A stretch of DNA of 32,000 bases from Thermoproteus tenax Kra 1. Its GTDB lineage: Archaea > Thermoproteota > Thermoprotei > Thermoproteales > Thermoproteaceae. The notes beneath the pieces were generated by a model, which saw only the letters and a program-made list of their open reading frames with translations, made no database searches and had not been told where the DNA came from. Where the stretch lies: positions 1,740,001-1,772,000 of the forward strand of contig NC_016070.1 of assembly GCF_000253055.1 (NCBI RefSeq). Direction: 5' to 3'. Each line of letters opens with the position of its first letter. The first letter of the stretch is position 1. The translations under genes were made by a program, and so were the position numbers. This document shows, one piece after another, positions 17,452 through 25,131 of this stretch.

Positions 17452-19041
17452 CTAAGCGCCGCGAGGAGGACCGCAGAGCCAGCCGGCAATGCTATATAGT
17501 AGGCGCGAGTTGTTGCCTTGTTCTATAAAGTATGGCATGAAGGACATAATAGTGCCGACCGCTGTCACGTTGCCCCTCTGTAGAACCACAGGGTAGAGCC
17601 CGGGGCCATAGCCTAGGAGGGAGGCATTGACGTAGACGCCAACTCCGGAGCCCGCCAGAGCGGCCGGATTGTAGAAGAGGAAGTCGCCGTGGTATAGATC
17701 GGTCGAGTTCACATAGCCAGACTCCACAAACTGCCAGTTATAGGAGAACGGCAACAGAGACGCCGAGGTGTTATATAAATATCCTGGCATTATCGAGATG
17801 CCGAACGGCGTCAACAAGCTGTCGAGGTATATCGGTTCCGACGGCGTGGTCGCTAACAGCGAGTAGCCAAGGCGCGGGTCGTAGAAGACGGCCAGCCTAC
17901 CCCCTCTCTCTACGAAGGACTCTATGACTTCGGCGGACGAAGAATAGGGCTCAGTAGGCTCAGCCACAACTAATGCCGTTGCGTTGTTCAACAACTGCAC
18001 CAAACGGTCGGAGGACGTGGCGAAGGTTATGCTACAGTTCTGGAGCGCCAAATAAGAGGCAAGGGCTTGGATGAACTCCTGCGGCACTAGATTGCCGTGG
18101 CTCAAGTCGACTACTACGTACTTTCCCGACGGCTTAAACTGAGGCGGCCGATATGAGGGCACGCTGGCGTTTATTTTCAGTTGGACAGCGCCCAAGTACA
18201 TATAGAACACAGGCACCTTAGTGGAGTTGAGGAGGACGCCCAACGGTACTTTGGCCTCGCTTGAGAGAGACGCCGTGCAGTTCGGCGGCGACACGCCGAA
18301 GTAGGAATATATGGAGACGACCTTGTAGGAGACAAGGCCTAGCGATCTGGCCATGTCAGCGACGGCTTGGGATATGCCGCCTATCTGGTCGGCGAGACCC
18401 AGTTTGACGGCTTCGGCACCTGTGAAGAGGCGCCCAGTGGCCAAGAGGTCCGGAGACGCCCTCAATCTGGCCCCTCTGCTCTGTTCGACGGCGTCAAGAA
18501 AGGCCTCGGCAGCCTGTCCGACGTAGTTGTAGTATTGTGGCAACGACATGCCGAAAAGCTTGTCGTAGCCCGAGGAGTAGACCTCTGCGGGCAGAGGAGT
18601 CCAGAACACATAGGGCTCAATCACGGTCCATGCGCCTATATTTCCTACGAGAGAGCCGCCGGATACATATATCCTCTGCGCTGTCATCGAGACATAGTAG
18701 GCGCCGGATGCGTCTAGGCCGACCACAACGGCGTAGATAGGTTTATCGAGCCCTCTGAGGGCTCCATAGAGGGCCTCGGTGGCGTCAAGGGTGCCGCCGG
18801 GTGAATCGATGTATAATATGACGCCAGCTACGTTGTCGCTCGAGTTCAACGCTAAGATCTTCGGCACAAGCGGATCGACCCAGCAGCTAGTTATTGGCGT
18901 CGTGATCGGAATCACTACTATATACTTGGCGTGTCTCTCCGCCGGCTGAGGGGGCGGGCCCATTGCTATGTATATTACTGCCAAGACGACGCTGAGAGAG
19001 GCCAGGAAGAGACCCACGTAGACTAGTTTTTCTCGATCCAT
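17452..19041 (-). CDS. SppA-like S49 peptidase domain fused to a roughly 300-aa C-terminal extracellular domain
   Basis: An N-terminal TM anchor is followed by ILYIDSPGGTLDATEALYGAL...GLDASGAYYVSMTAQRIYVSGGSLVGNIGA, which fits the ClpP/S49 fold. The start is set at the ATG at 19041 (MDREKLVYVG); the track ORF starts at 19143. Confidence 0.7.
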   Translation of the reverse strand: MDREKLVYVGLFLASLSVVLAVIYIAMGPPPQPAERHAKYIVVIPITTPITSCWVDPLVPKILALNSSDNVAGVILYIDSPGGTLDATEALYGALRGLDKPIYAVVVGLDASGAYYVSMTAQRIYVSGGSLVGNIGAWTVIEPYVFWTPLPAEVYSSGYDKLFGMSLPQYYNYVGQAAEAFLDAVEQSRGARLRASPDLLATGRLFTGAEAVKLGLADQIGGISQAVADMARSLGLVSYKVVSIYSYFGVSPPNCTASLSSEAKVPLGVLLNSTKVPVFYMYLGAVQLKINASVPSYRPPQFKPSGKYVVVDLSHGNLVPQEFIQALASYLALQNCSITFATSSDRLVQLLNNATALVVAEPTEPYSSSAEVIESFVERGGRLAVFYDPRLGYSLLATTPSEPIYLDSLLTPFGISIMPGYLYNTSASLLPFSYNWQFVESGYVNSTDLYHGDFLFYNPAALAGSGVGVYVNASLLGYGPGLYPVVLQRGNVTAVGTIMSFMPYFIEQGNNSRLLYSIAGWLCGPPRGA

Positions 19042-19085
19042 GGCGTTTGGCGTTATTGTTATTATTAAATTGACAGAACCCGGCC

Positions 19086-19694
19086 ATGACGCCGATCGAG
19101 TTCCTGGCGTTGGTGGGCCAGATCTATGCCATCGAGAATCCAATAGGGAAATTGGGCATAGTGGGCGAAATGGCGATGAACAAGCCCAAGGAGTTCAAGA
19201 GGGCCATAAGAGCCATGGCGGCCACCGTCGTCGTGCTTTCTACGATCTTCTCTGTCGCCGGTGCGCCGCTCCTGGCTCTCTTGAACGTGAACATGGCCAG
19301 CTTCAAGATCGCCGGCGGAATAATCATATTAGCCACGGCGATTGTAACCTTAGTTCACGGTAGCACTGTGACTCTTAGGGGCAGGCCTGAGGAAGTCGCC
19401 GTAGTACCACTGGCGACCCCACTGATAGTCGGCCCAGGCACCATTACTACGCTCATTTTATTCTCAAGCATATATGGCGTATCAGTGACTCTGTTGGCAG
19501 CTCTGGTCGCCTCGGCCTTGTCTATAATGACTCTATACGGAGGGGCTTGGTTCGTAAGATCTTTTGGGCCGATGCCGGCTAGAGCTCTGGGCAGGTTTAT
19601 GGCGCTTATAATAGCGACTGCGGGCACAGACCTCATCTTAACCGGAGTATCTCAGTATGTATCTCAACTTCTCCGAAGCCTTAGCCAAACGTAG
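19086..19694 (+). CDS. MarC-family (UPF0056) integral membrane protein
   Basis: The protein is 202 aa with about six TM segments. Its N-terminus, IYAIENPIGKLGI, is typical of the MarC family. Confidence 0.75.
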   Translation: MTPIEFLALVGQIYAIENPIGKLGIVGEMAMNKPKEFKRAIRAMAATVVVLSTIFSVAGAPLLALLNVNMASFKIAGGIIILATAIVTLVHGSTVTLRGRPEEVAVVPLATPLIVGPGTITTLILFSSIYGVSVTLLAALVASALSIMTLYGGAWFVRSFGPMPARALGRFMALIIATAGTDLILTGVSQYVSQLLRSLSQT

Positions 19695-20221
19695 TAGCAC
19701 TCCCTCTCGTTGAATTTCGCGGAGACGTTGCGCACGTCACGTAGCGCCGAGGGCGCAATGCCCTTAATAAGCACTAGGTCATCGTCGTACCCGCACGTAG
19801 CTCTCAGCAGTAGGTTACGCGCAGACACGTCAAGCTCCTCCCAAGAATATTCCGTATATCCCAGCGAGGCGAACAGCCTCCTCGCCCCGACGTTGTCGCT
19901 AGTCGTAGTAGCTAGGTATGCCTGCGCCCTACATCTCCCCTCCACCGACCTCACTAACAGCTTGCCCAAGCCGCGCCCCCTATATTCGCGGAGCACCGCT
20001 ATATAGTAGTGGACGCACACTCTCGGTTGTAGTTCTAAGGCGTAGAACACCTCGGTGCCCGCCGGAGTTTCCCCTACGAATACGACGGCTACATCGCCCA
20101 GCCCGTCTTGTACGACCGCAGAGGCGTATTCGATGCCACGGCTATATTCGCGCCTCAATATCCCGAGGGCCAGTTCTATTAAATCTCGCCCAAATCTCAC
20201 CGACGTCGTAGTCTCGACCAT
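19664..20221 (-). CDS. GNAT-family N-acetyltransferase
   Basis: The acetyl-CoA binding motif reads VLREYRGRGLGKLLV. Confidence 0.8.
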   Translation of the reverse strand: MVETTTSVRFGRDLIELALGILRREYSRGIEYASAVVQDGLGDVAVVFVGETPAGTEVFYALELQPRVCVHYYIAVLREYRGRGLGKLLVRSVEGRCRAQAYLATTTSDNVGARRLFASLGYTEYSWEELDVSARNLLLRATCGYDDDLVLIKGIAPSALRDVRNVSAKFNERECYYVWLRLRRS

Positions 20222-20414
20222 AATGGAGAAACTGCCAGAGCCGTGATGAGGACCGACGTAGTGAAGGCCGCGTGGAGGCTCAATATGAAGGGCTCTATAT
20301 GCGTTCGATCTAACGTGGCGAGACCGGCGAATATCTCAGACGCCGAGCACTTCGGTATTGCAGTGGAGGAGGCCACGACAGCCATGGCGAATGGATCGGG
20401 CGAGACAAAAATGG

Positions 20415-21116
20415 TCAATCCGGCCCTCCTAGCAAGAACCTTGCGTCAACGACGTAGGCCCCCTTTCCCTCCTCCAAAGCTATGACGGGGTTCAGATCGG
20501 CCTCCTTGATCTCGGGGTTCTCCGAAAGAAGCTTGGAGAACTTAACAATTATATCGACTATCGCAGGCAGATCCCTAGGAGCGGTGCCGCGATAGCCCGT
20601 CAAGAGCTTGTAGGCTCTGACCTCCCTTATCATATCCCACGCATCCTCCTCCTCGACAGGCACTATGCGCATCGATACATCTCTGTATAGCTCGGTCAAT
20701 ATTCCGCCGAGCCCAAATACCAGGACGTGGCCAAATATATCATCGTAGACGGCTCCCACTATAAGCTCCGTGCCCTGGGGCACCATCTTCTGGATTAGAC
20801 AGCCCTCTATATCGGCATACGGCGCTTTGGCCCTCACGTTGGCTCTGATCTTGGCACACGCCTCAATCAAACGATCTTTGTCGGCTACTCCGAGTACGAC
20901 GCCTCCCACGTCGGTCTTGTGCACTATCATGCGCGATAATACCTTAACTGCTACTGGGTACCCTATTCTCTCTGCTATATCTACTGCCTCCTTTTCGTCA
21001 GACGCAACTCCGTATTCCGGCACAGGTATTGAGTACTGCCTAAGTAGGTCGAATGCCTCGCTCTCGAACAGCTTCGTTCTGCCCTCGGCCCTGGCCCTCT
21101 CAATGACCCTGCTCAT
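20415..21116 (-). CDS. acdB: acetyl-CoA synthetase (ADP-forming), beta subunit (ATP-grasp)
   Basis: The sequence reads FESEAFDLLRQYSIPVPEYGV...GYPVAVKVLS...HKTDVGGV. A 4-nt overlap joins it to the alpha-subunit stop. Confidence 0.85.
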   Translation of the reverse strand: MSRVIERARAEGRTKLFESEAFDLLRQYSIPVPEYGVASDEKEAVDIAERIGYPVAVKVLSRMIVHKTDVGGVVLGVADKDRLIEACAKIRANVRAKAPYADIEGCLIQKMVPQGTELIVGAVYDDIFGHVLVFGLGGILTELYRDVSMRIVPVEEEDAWDMIREVRAYKLLTGYRGTAPRDLPAIVDIIVKFSKLLSENPEIKEADLNPVIALEEGKGAYVVDARFLLGGPD

Positions 21117-22519
21117 GTCCTCACAACTCTGCGTATTTTTGCATATTCATAGAGAGCCCACAGAGCTTTGGCGGCTCTATCCGGCGTTGAGTACGTGGGT
21201 ATCTCCGCCTCCTCAAGCGTCTTGGTGAACGTCTGTACCAGCTCGCTTCCGCCGAAGTTCACAACAGCTATAGGCTTCTTAAACCGTTTGGCGTCTATAA
21301 TATACTCGGCCAAATTCTGCGTAAGGCCCGGCACTTGCATCAACGTAATCACCAGGGCCATGTCGAAGAAGGCCGTCGGGAGGAGCGCCTCGAGCACCAC
21401 TTTATAGTGCTGATCGGTGGCCGAGCCTGTGACATCCACAGGGTTGCCCAGCGCCGAGAACGGAAGTAGCTCCCTCTTAAGGTCGCGCCTGATTGACTCA
21501 GGCACCTCGGGCACCTCCAGGCCCAAACTCTCCAGAGAATCGACTGCTTGAATCCCCATGCCTCCCGAGTCGGTGAGCACGAGGACTCTCCTGCCCCGCG
21601 GGAGAGGCTGCGAAGCAAGCGCCTTGGCCATGTCGAACATCTCCCTAATATTCGAGGCTTCGATGATGCCCGCCTGTCTAAATAGGCCCTTGTACATCTC
21701 GTAGCTCCCAGCCAACGCTGCTGTGTGGGACCTCACAGCCCTCTGCGCCGCCGACGTTCTGCCGGCCTTATATGCTATGATCGGCTTCTTTTTAACGACC
21801 TCCTTGGCCACCTCCAGAAATCCGGTGGCCTCCCTAGGGTATCTAAACCCCTCTAGATATATTGTGATAACTTTTATTCTATCGTCCTGTCCGAAGTATC
21901 TCAGGAGCTCAACATCGTCTACATCCGCTTTGTTTCCGTAGTTGACCATTATCGAGAGGCCTATCTGTCTCCTCGCAGCCCAGTCCATAATTGAGGCTGC
22001 CACGGCCCCGCTCTGGCTGATTAGGGCGAGGGGTCCAGCCGGCGGCCGCCCGGCGCGATCAGTGGGAAGAAAGACGGTATCTAGGCCATTGAAGGCGTTG
22101 TAGACGCCGAGACAATTGGGGCCTAGGATCCTTATGCCGTACATTTTGCCAATCGCCTTCACTTCATCCTCTAGATCCTTGTTGCCCACCTCCGCGAATC
22201 CGCTGCTGATGATAACTGCGGCCTTAACTCCCCTTTTACCTGCCTCCTCTAGGACTTGGGGCACTACTTGGGCCGGCACGGCTATTACAACTAAGTCGAC
22301 AGGCTCCGGTATCTCTGAGAGCGATTTATAGAATTTGACCTGTCTTCCGGCGATCTCAACAGTATCGTACTTTGGATTGACGAAATAGGCAACCCCCTTA
22401 AACCTATTGAGCAAGTTCTCCAATATCACATACCCCACAGACGCCTGTTTAGGCGACGCGCCGACTAAGGCTACAGACTTCGGCGATAACAAGGGCTCAA
22501 GGCCGGCGTCCGGAGCCAT
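21113..22519 (-). CDS. acdA: acetyl-CoA synthetase (ADP-forming), alpha subunit (CoA-binding/succinyl-CoA-synthetase-like)
   Basis: Motifs are PKSVALVGASPK, VDLVVIAVPA and GPNCLGV. The start is set at the ATG at 22519, which lies about 24 nt downstream of TTTAAAT. The track ORF starts at the GTG at 22561. Confidence 0.9.
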   Translation of the reverse strand: MAPDAGLEPLLSPKSVALVGASPKQASVGYVILENLLNRFKGVAYFVNPKYDTVEIAGRQVKFYKSLSEIPEPVDLVVIAVPAQVVPQVLEEAGKRGVKAAVIISSGFAEVGNKDLEDEVKAIGKMYGIRILGPNCLGVYNAFNGLDTVFLPTDRAGRPPAGPLALISQSGAVAASIMDWAARRQIGLSIMVNYGNKADVDDVELLRYFGQDDRIKVITIYLEGFRYPREATGFLEVAKEVVKKKPIIAYKAGRTSAAQRAVRSHTAALAGSYEMYKGLFRQAGIIEASNIREMFDMAKALASQPLPRGRRVLVLTDSGGMGIQAVDSLESLGLEVPEVPESIRRDLKRELLPFSALGNPVDVTGSATDQHYKVVLEALLPTAFFDMALVITLMQVPGLTQNLAEYIIDAKRFKKPIAVVNFGGSELVQTFTKTLEEAEIPTYSTPDRAAKALWALYEYAKIRRVVRT

Positions 22520-22630
22520 ACCCCACAATTGTACCGGATTTAAATGTTGAGCTAAATTCACAATTATAGATAATACGCTGTATACGCCAATCTATCTAAA
22601 GCGAATATATAGAAACATGCCCAAGACGTT

Positions 22631-23353
22631 GTGTTGAAGAAGGTCAACCTCCTCGAGGTTCTCGGGGCCGATATCGGCCTCCTCGGGGAGATCGCCGCGT
22701 CCCGCCTTCTTCCGGACGGAGCTAGAGGCGATGTAGTTGCTCTCCTCGTGGAGGGGGCACTCTCCTACCTAAGGTTGCCCGAGCGCAAGCCGCCAGAGAC
22801 TATAGGCGAGAGCAAAAGCTACGTGAGCGCCTTCGTAGAGGGGAGGTGGCCTATACATAAGAGTTGGTTCGTCCCAGCTATAGGCCCTGGCGGATACGCC
22901 CTTCTGATAGATCCTCCTAGAGGCCTAGTTAAATACCTTGGGAAAGACGACGGCAGATTCTCGGCGATTTTGAGGATGGGCTTGGGCGAGCTCAGCGACT
23001 ACCTCCTCCACAACGTCAAGCCGAGCCACGTCGTGGGTCTGGACGCCACAGAGGACGAGCTACGTATAGCCCGTGAGTTGCTCAATAGAATTTCCGCGCT
23101 CGGCGATGAGGACGCCGTAGTCGAGGCCATAGAGGTCTTAAGACAAGTAGACCTCCTCTACGAGAGAGATGGGGAGATATACCACGTCGAGGTCAAGACG
23201 TCACTGAGATTCAAGCCCTCTAAGATAAGAAGGAAGATGATGGTAGTCGAGATGAGGCAGAAAGTGTTGCAGAGGCTGGGCCTCCGGCCGGCGCTTTTGT
23301 ATATAACGCCGCGCGAGAACTGGGAGATTGAGACCTTCCTCGCTCTACTCTGA
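22631..23353 (+). CDS. hypothetical protein with a PD-(D/E)xK (YraN/Hjc-like) nuclease signature split by a large insertion
   Basis: The N-terminal LGEIAASRLL resembles a G-E-x2-A helix. The C-terminal VDLLYERDGEIYHVEVKTS carries the D...E-x-K pattern. The GTG start lies about 24 nt downstream of AATATATAG. Confidence 0.5.
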   Translation: MLKKVNLLEVLGADIGLLGEIAASRLLPDGARGDVVALLVEGALSYLRLPERKPPETIGESKSYVSAFVEGRWPIHKSWFVPAIGPGGYALLIDPPRGLVKYLGKDDGRFSAILRMGLGELSDYLLHNVKPSHVVGLDATEDELRIARELLNRISALGDEDAVVEAIEVLRQVDLLYERDGEIYHVEVKTSLRFKPSKIRRKMMVVEMRQKVLQRLGLRPALLYITPRENWEIETFLALL

Positions 23354-23366
23354 CATCGTTATCCCC

Positions 23367-23528
23367 CTATTTGCTCTTGAACTTCTTCAAGCGCAAGTTC
23401 CTGCTACCGCACCTTCTGCACTTCACAGCCTCAGGCGGATTTTTGGCTCCGCAGTTTCTGCACACTTTGTAGTTAAACCTGTGTTCTATCACTATTTTCA
23501 ACTTCTCCGGATCTAGAGTTATAGGCAT
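23367..23528 (-). CDS. rpl40e: 50S ribosomal protein L40e (53 aa; absent from the ORF track because it is under 60 aa)
   Basis: My hand translation reads [53 protein letters not shown], which has the typical L40e CxxC...CxxC ribbon. The AT box AAAAAATAAATAG lies about 20 nt upstream. Confidence 0.88.
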   Translation of the reverse strand: MPITLDPEKLKIVIEHRFNYKVCRNCGAKNPPEAVKCRRCGSRNLRLKKFKSK

Positions 23529-23668
23529 GGGCGGAGATAGCTTGGACTATTTATTTTTTGCCGTTTGCCGCCTATCTCCGGCGCATCGTCCAGCCTCCCC
23601 CGAACAGGATACACCAAATGGAGAGCGCCTTGGCGGCCCCTTCAGCGTTCATGACGGCACAGCTATCG

Positions 23669-23890
23669 TCATGTAGCTATGTCGATGGCCTTGCTGGGGC
23701 AAGTCATCATGCCTCTGATTACGTCGGGCGCCAGATCGTCGGGCACCTCTCCCTCGAAGGGCGTATTTGACCTGAAGCGCGGGTCTATCTCGGCCTTCCC
23801 GTCAGCTCCCTCCACGAAGACGTTGGGAGCCAGAACGTAGCAGAGGCCGCACGCAAAACACTCGGAGGCCCTTATAACTACTCGGAGCAT
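23669..23890 (-). CDS. small single-cluster ferredoxin
   Basis: CFACGLC is followed by a distal TCP cysteine. The protein is 73 aa. A TGATG overlap joins it to the upstream gene. Confidence 0.75.
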   Translation of the reverse strand: MLRVVIRASECFACGLCYVLAPNVFVEGADGKAEIDPRFRSNTPFEGEVPDDLAPDVIRGMMTCPSKAIDIAT

Positions 23891-24192
23891 CAGTGCTCAA
23901 TGTAAAACTTAGGAGGATCTATGCGCTCCGAGCGGCACCGGGGGCATTTAGAGGGCTTTTTGAGGCGCTCTCTATCTCTGAACTCGTAGCCACACTGGCG
24001 GCAACGCGCGGGCACTACGACGAGTTTAAGCCCGCGCCTCTTCAAAGTCTTCGCCACGTGCTCCAGCTCCTCGTATATATCCGAGGGCCTAAGGTCGGGC
24101 GCCGCTACCCGTTGTATCTCGTAAACATCGACGGGCTCACGCAACGATAATAGAAAGTTTATTATCCGCTCTCTATCTGTTAAGAAGCTCAT
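23890..24192 (-). CDS. putative transcriptional regulator: winged-helix N-terminus fused to a C-terminal zinc ribbon
   Basis: The N-terminal RERIINFLLSLREPVDVYEIQ is HTH-like. The C-terminus carries CRQCG...CPRC. An ATGA overlap joins it to the upstream gene. Confidence 0.6.
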   Translation of the reverse strand: MSFLTDRERIINFLLSLREPVDVYEIQRVAAPDLRPSDIYEELEHVAKTLKRRGLKLVVVPARCRQCGYEFRDRERLKKPSKCPRCRSERIDPPKFYIEH

Positions 24193-24503
24193 TTAGTGGC
24201 AACGGCGCTTTGAAGCCACAGTAGCTTGAACTTGCCCGCAGACTTCAGAATGGCAAACGTGAATATGTGCTTGCCGGGGCTCCCGCTATGCCTTGCTTCA
24301 ACTCTCAGAAACCGAGCTCTCTCCGGCGAGTCTGCCGGGTCCACATTTGCGTCAAGGTACATCACATCGCCTACTTCGAAGCCTGCGGCGGCCAGCCGCT
24401 CCTTGGCGCAATCGCCCAGTTGAGAGGCTGCGTCTACGACGCAAGGGCTTTTATCGAACTCCTCCTTGGCTTTTCCGTGTAAGATAGACACATCCGCCGA
24501 CAT
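24189..24503 (-). CDS. hypothetical protein, 104 aa, first gene of a coupled three-gene operon
   Basis: A clean ORF whose ATG lies 19 nt downstream of TTATAAATAGG on the minus strand. I recognise no motif. Confidence 0.55.
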   Translation of the reverse strand: MSADVSILHGKAKEEFDKSPCVVDAASQLGDCAKERLAAAGFEVGDVMYLDANVDPADSPERARFLRVEARHSGSPGKHIFTFAILKSAGKFKLLWLQSAVATK

Positions 24504-24520
24504 GGCTCAACTAGACCACA

Positions 24521-24531
24521 CCTATTTATAA
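24521..24531. promoter_or_regulatory. Bidirectional TATA-like box
   Basis: CCTATTTATAA sits about 20 nt from the ATG at 24503 on the minus strand. It sits about 25 nt from the putative C box at 24553 on the plus strand. Confidence 0.5.
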
Positions 24532-24552
24532 CTACACCCCCCTCTAATGACA

Positions 24553-24600
24553 GTGACGAGGCTTGCAAGGTCTGAGCCGTGAGGAGACCGGGCGTGCTGA
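24553..24600 (+). ncRNA. candidate C/D box sRNA (2-prime-O-methylation guide)
   Basis: The parts are, in order: GTGACGA (C), a 12-nt guide, CTGA (D-prime), GCC, GTGAGGA (C-prime), an 11-nt guide, CTGA (D). The spacing is canonical, and both C boxes deviate from RUGAUGA only at position 5. The element starts at the transcription start predicted from the TATA box at 24523-24530. Confidence 0.5.
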
Positions 24601-24651
24601 GGGCTAAGTCCGGCGGCGAGCTAATTTATATCTACGGCAGAGCTGTAGTGT

Positions 24652-25131
24652 ATGTGTCTTGCTAACGAGACCCCTCCAGGCGGCCCCAACACGGCGGCCG
24701 TCGCCCTCCTGCTCCAAGGGGGAAGGTTTCTGTTAATAAAGAGGGCAGAGCGTGAGGGCGATCCTTGGTCTGGCCACGTAGGCTTCCCCGGCGGTCATTG
24801 GAAACCGGGCGAGAGCCTGCTCGATACGGTGACAAGAGAGGTCCTCGAGGAGGTGGGTATAGACTTGAGGACGGCGCATCTGATGGGCGTTATGGAGCCC
24901 GACTCGCCCATGAACGCGCGCGACCTCAAGGTTTACCCCTTCGTGTTCGAGCTGGGCAGCGTCGGCGACATCAGACTGGGCGAGGAGGTCGCGGGATATA
25001 TGTGGGTCACAAAATCGGACTTAGTGGAGACCGAGTGGAGGGGAAGGCCGGCGTTTAATGTGATGGGGTGGATAGTTTGGGGGCTCACCTATAGGTTCAT
25101 AAAGAGGGCTATCCAGTGCGGGATCATATAG
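24652..25131 (+). CDS. NUDIX hydrolase
   Basis: The Nudix box reads GGHWKPGESLLDTVTREVLEEVGI. The TATA-like TAATTTATATC lies about 25 nt upstream of the ATG. Confidence 0.85.
   Translation: MCLANETPPGGPNTAAVALLLQGGRFLLIKRAEREGDPWSGHVGFPGGHWKPGESLLDTVTREVLEEVGIDLRTAHLMGVMEPDSPMNARDLKVYPFVFELGSVGDIRLGEEVAGYMWVTKSDLVETEWRGRPAFNVMGWIVWGLTYRFIKRAIQCGII

Noticed and set aside
17184-17489. 101-aa minus-strand track ORF across the thrC-upstream gap
   Set aside because: It is an Arg/Pro/Gly-rich translation of GC-rich repeat copy A. Copies of the repeat differ by indels that are not multiples of 3 nt, so no frame is conserved.
20243-20292. A perfect C box, GTGATGA, at 20243-20249
   Set aside because: No CTGA D box follows at an appropriate distance; only TGAA and ATGA are present. 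It does not make a credible C/D sRNA.
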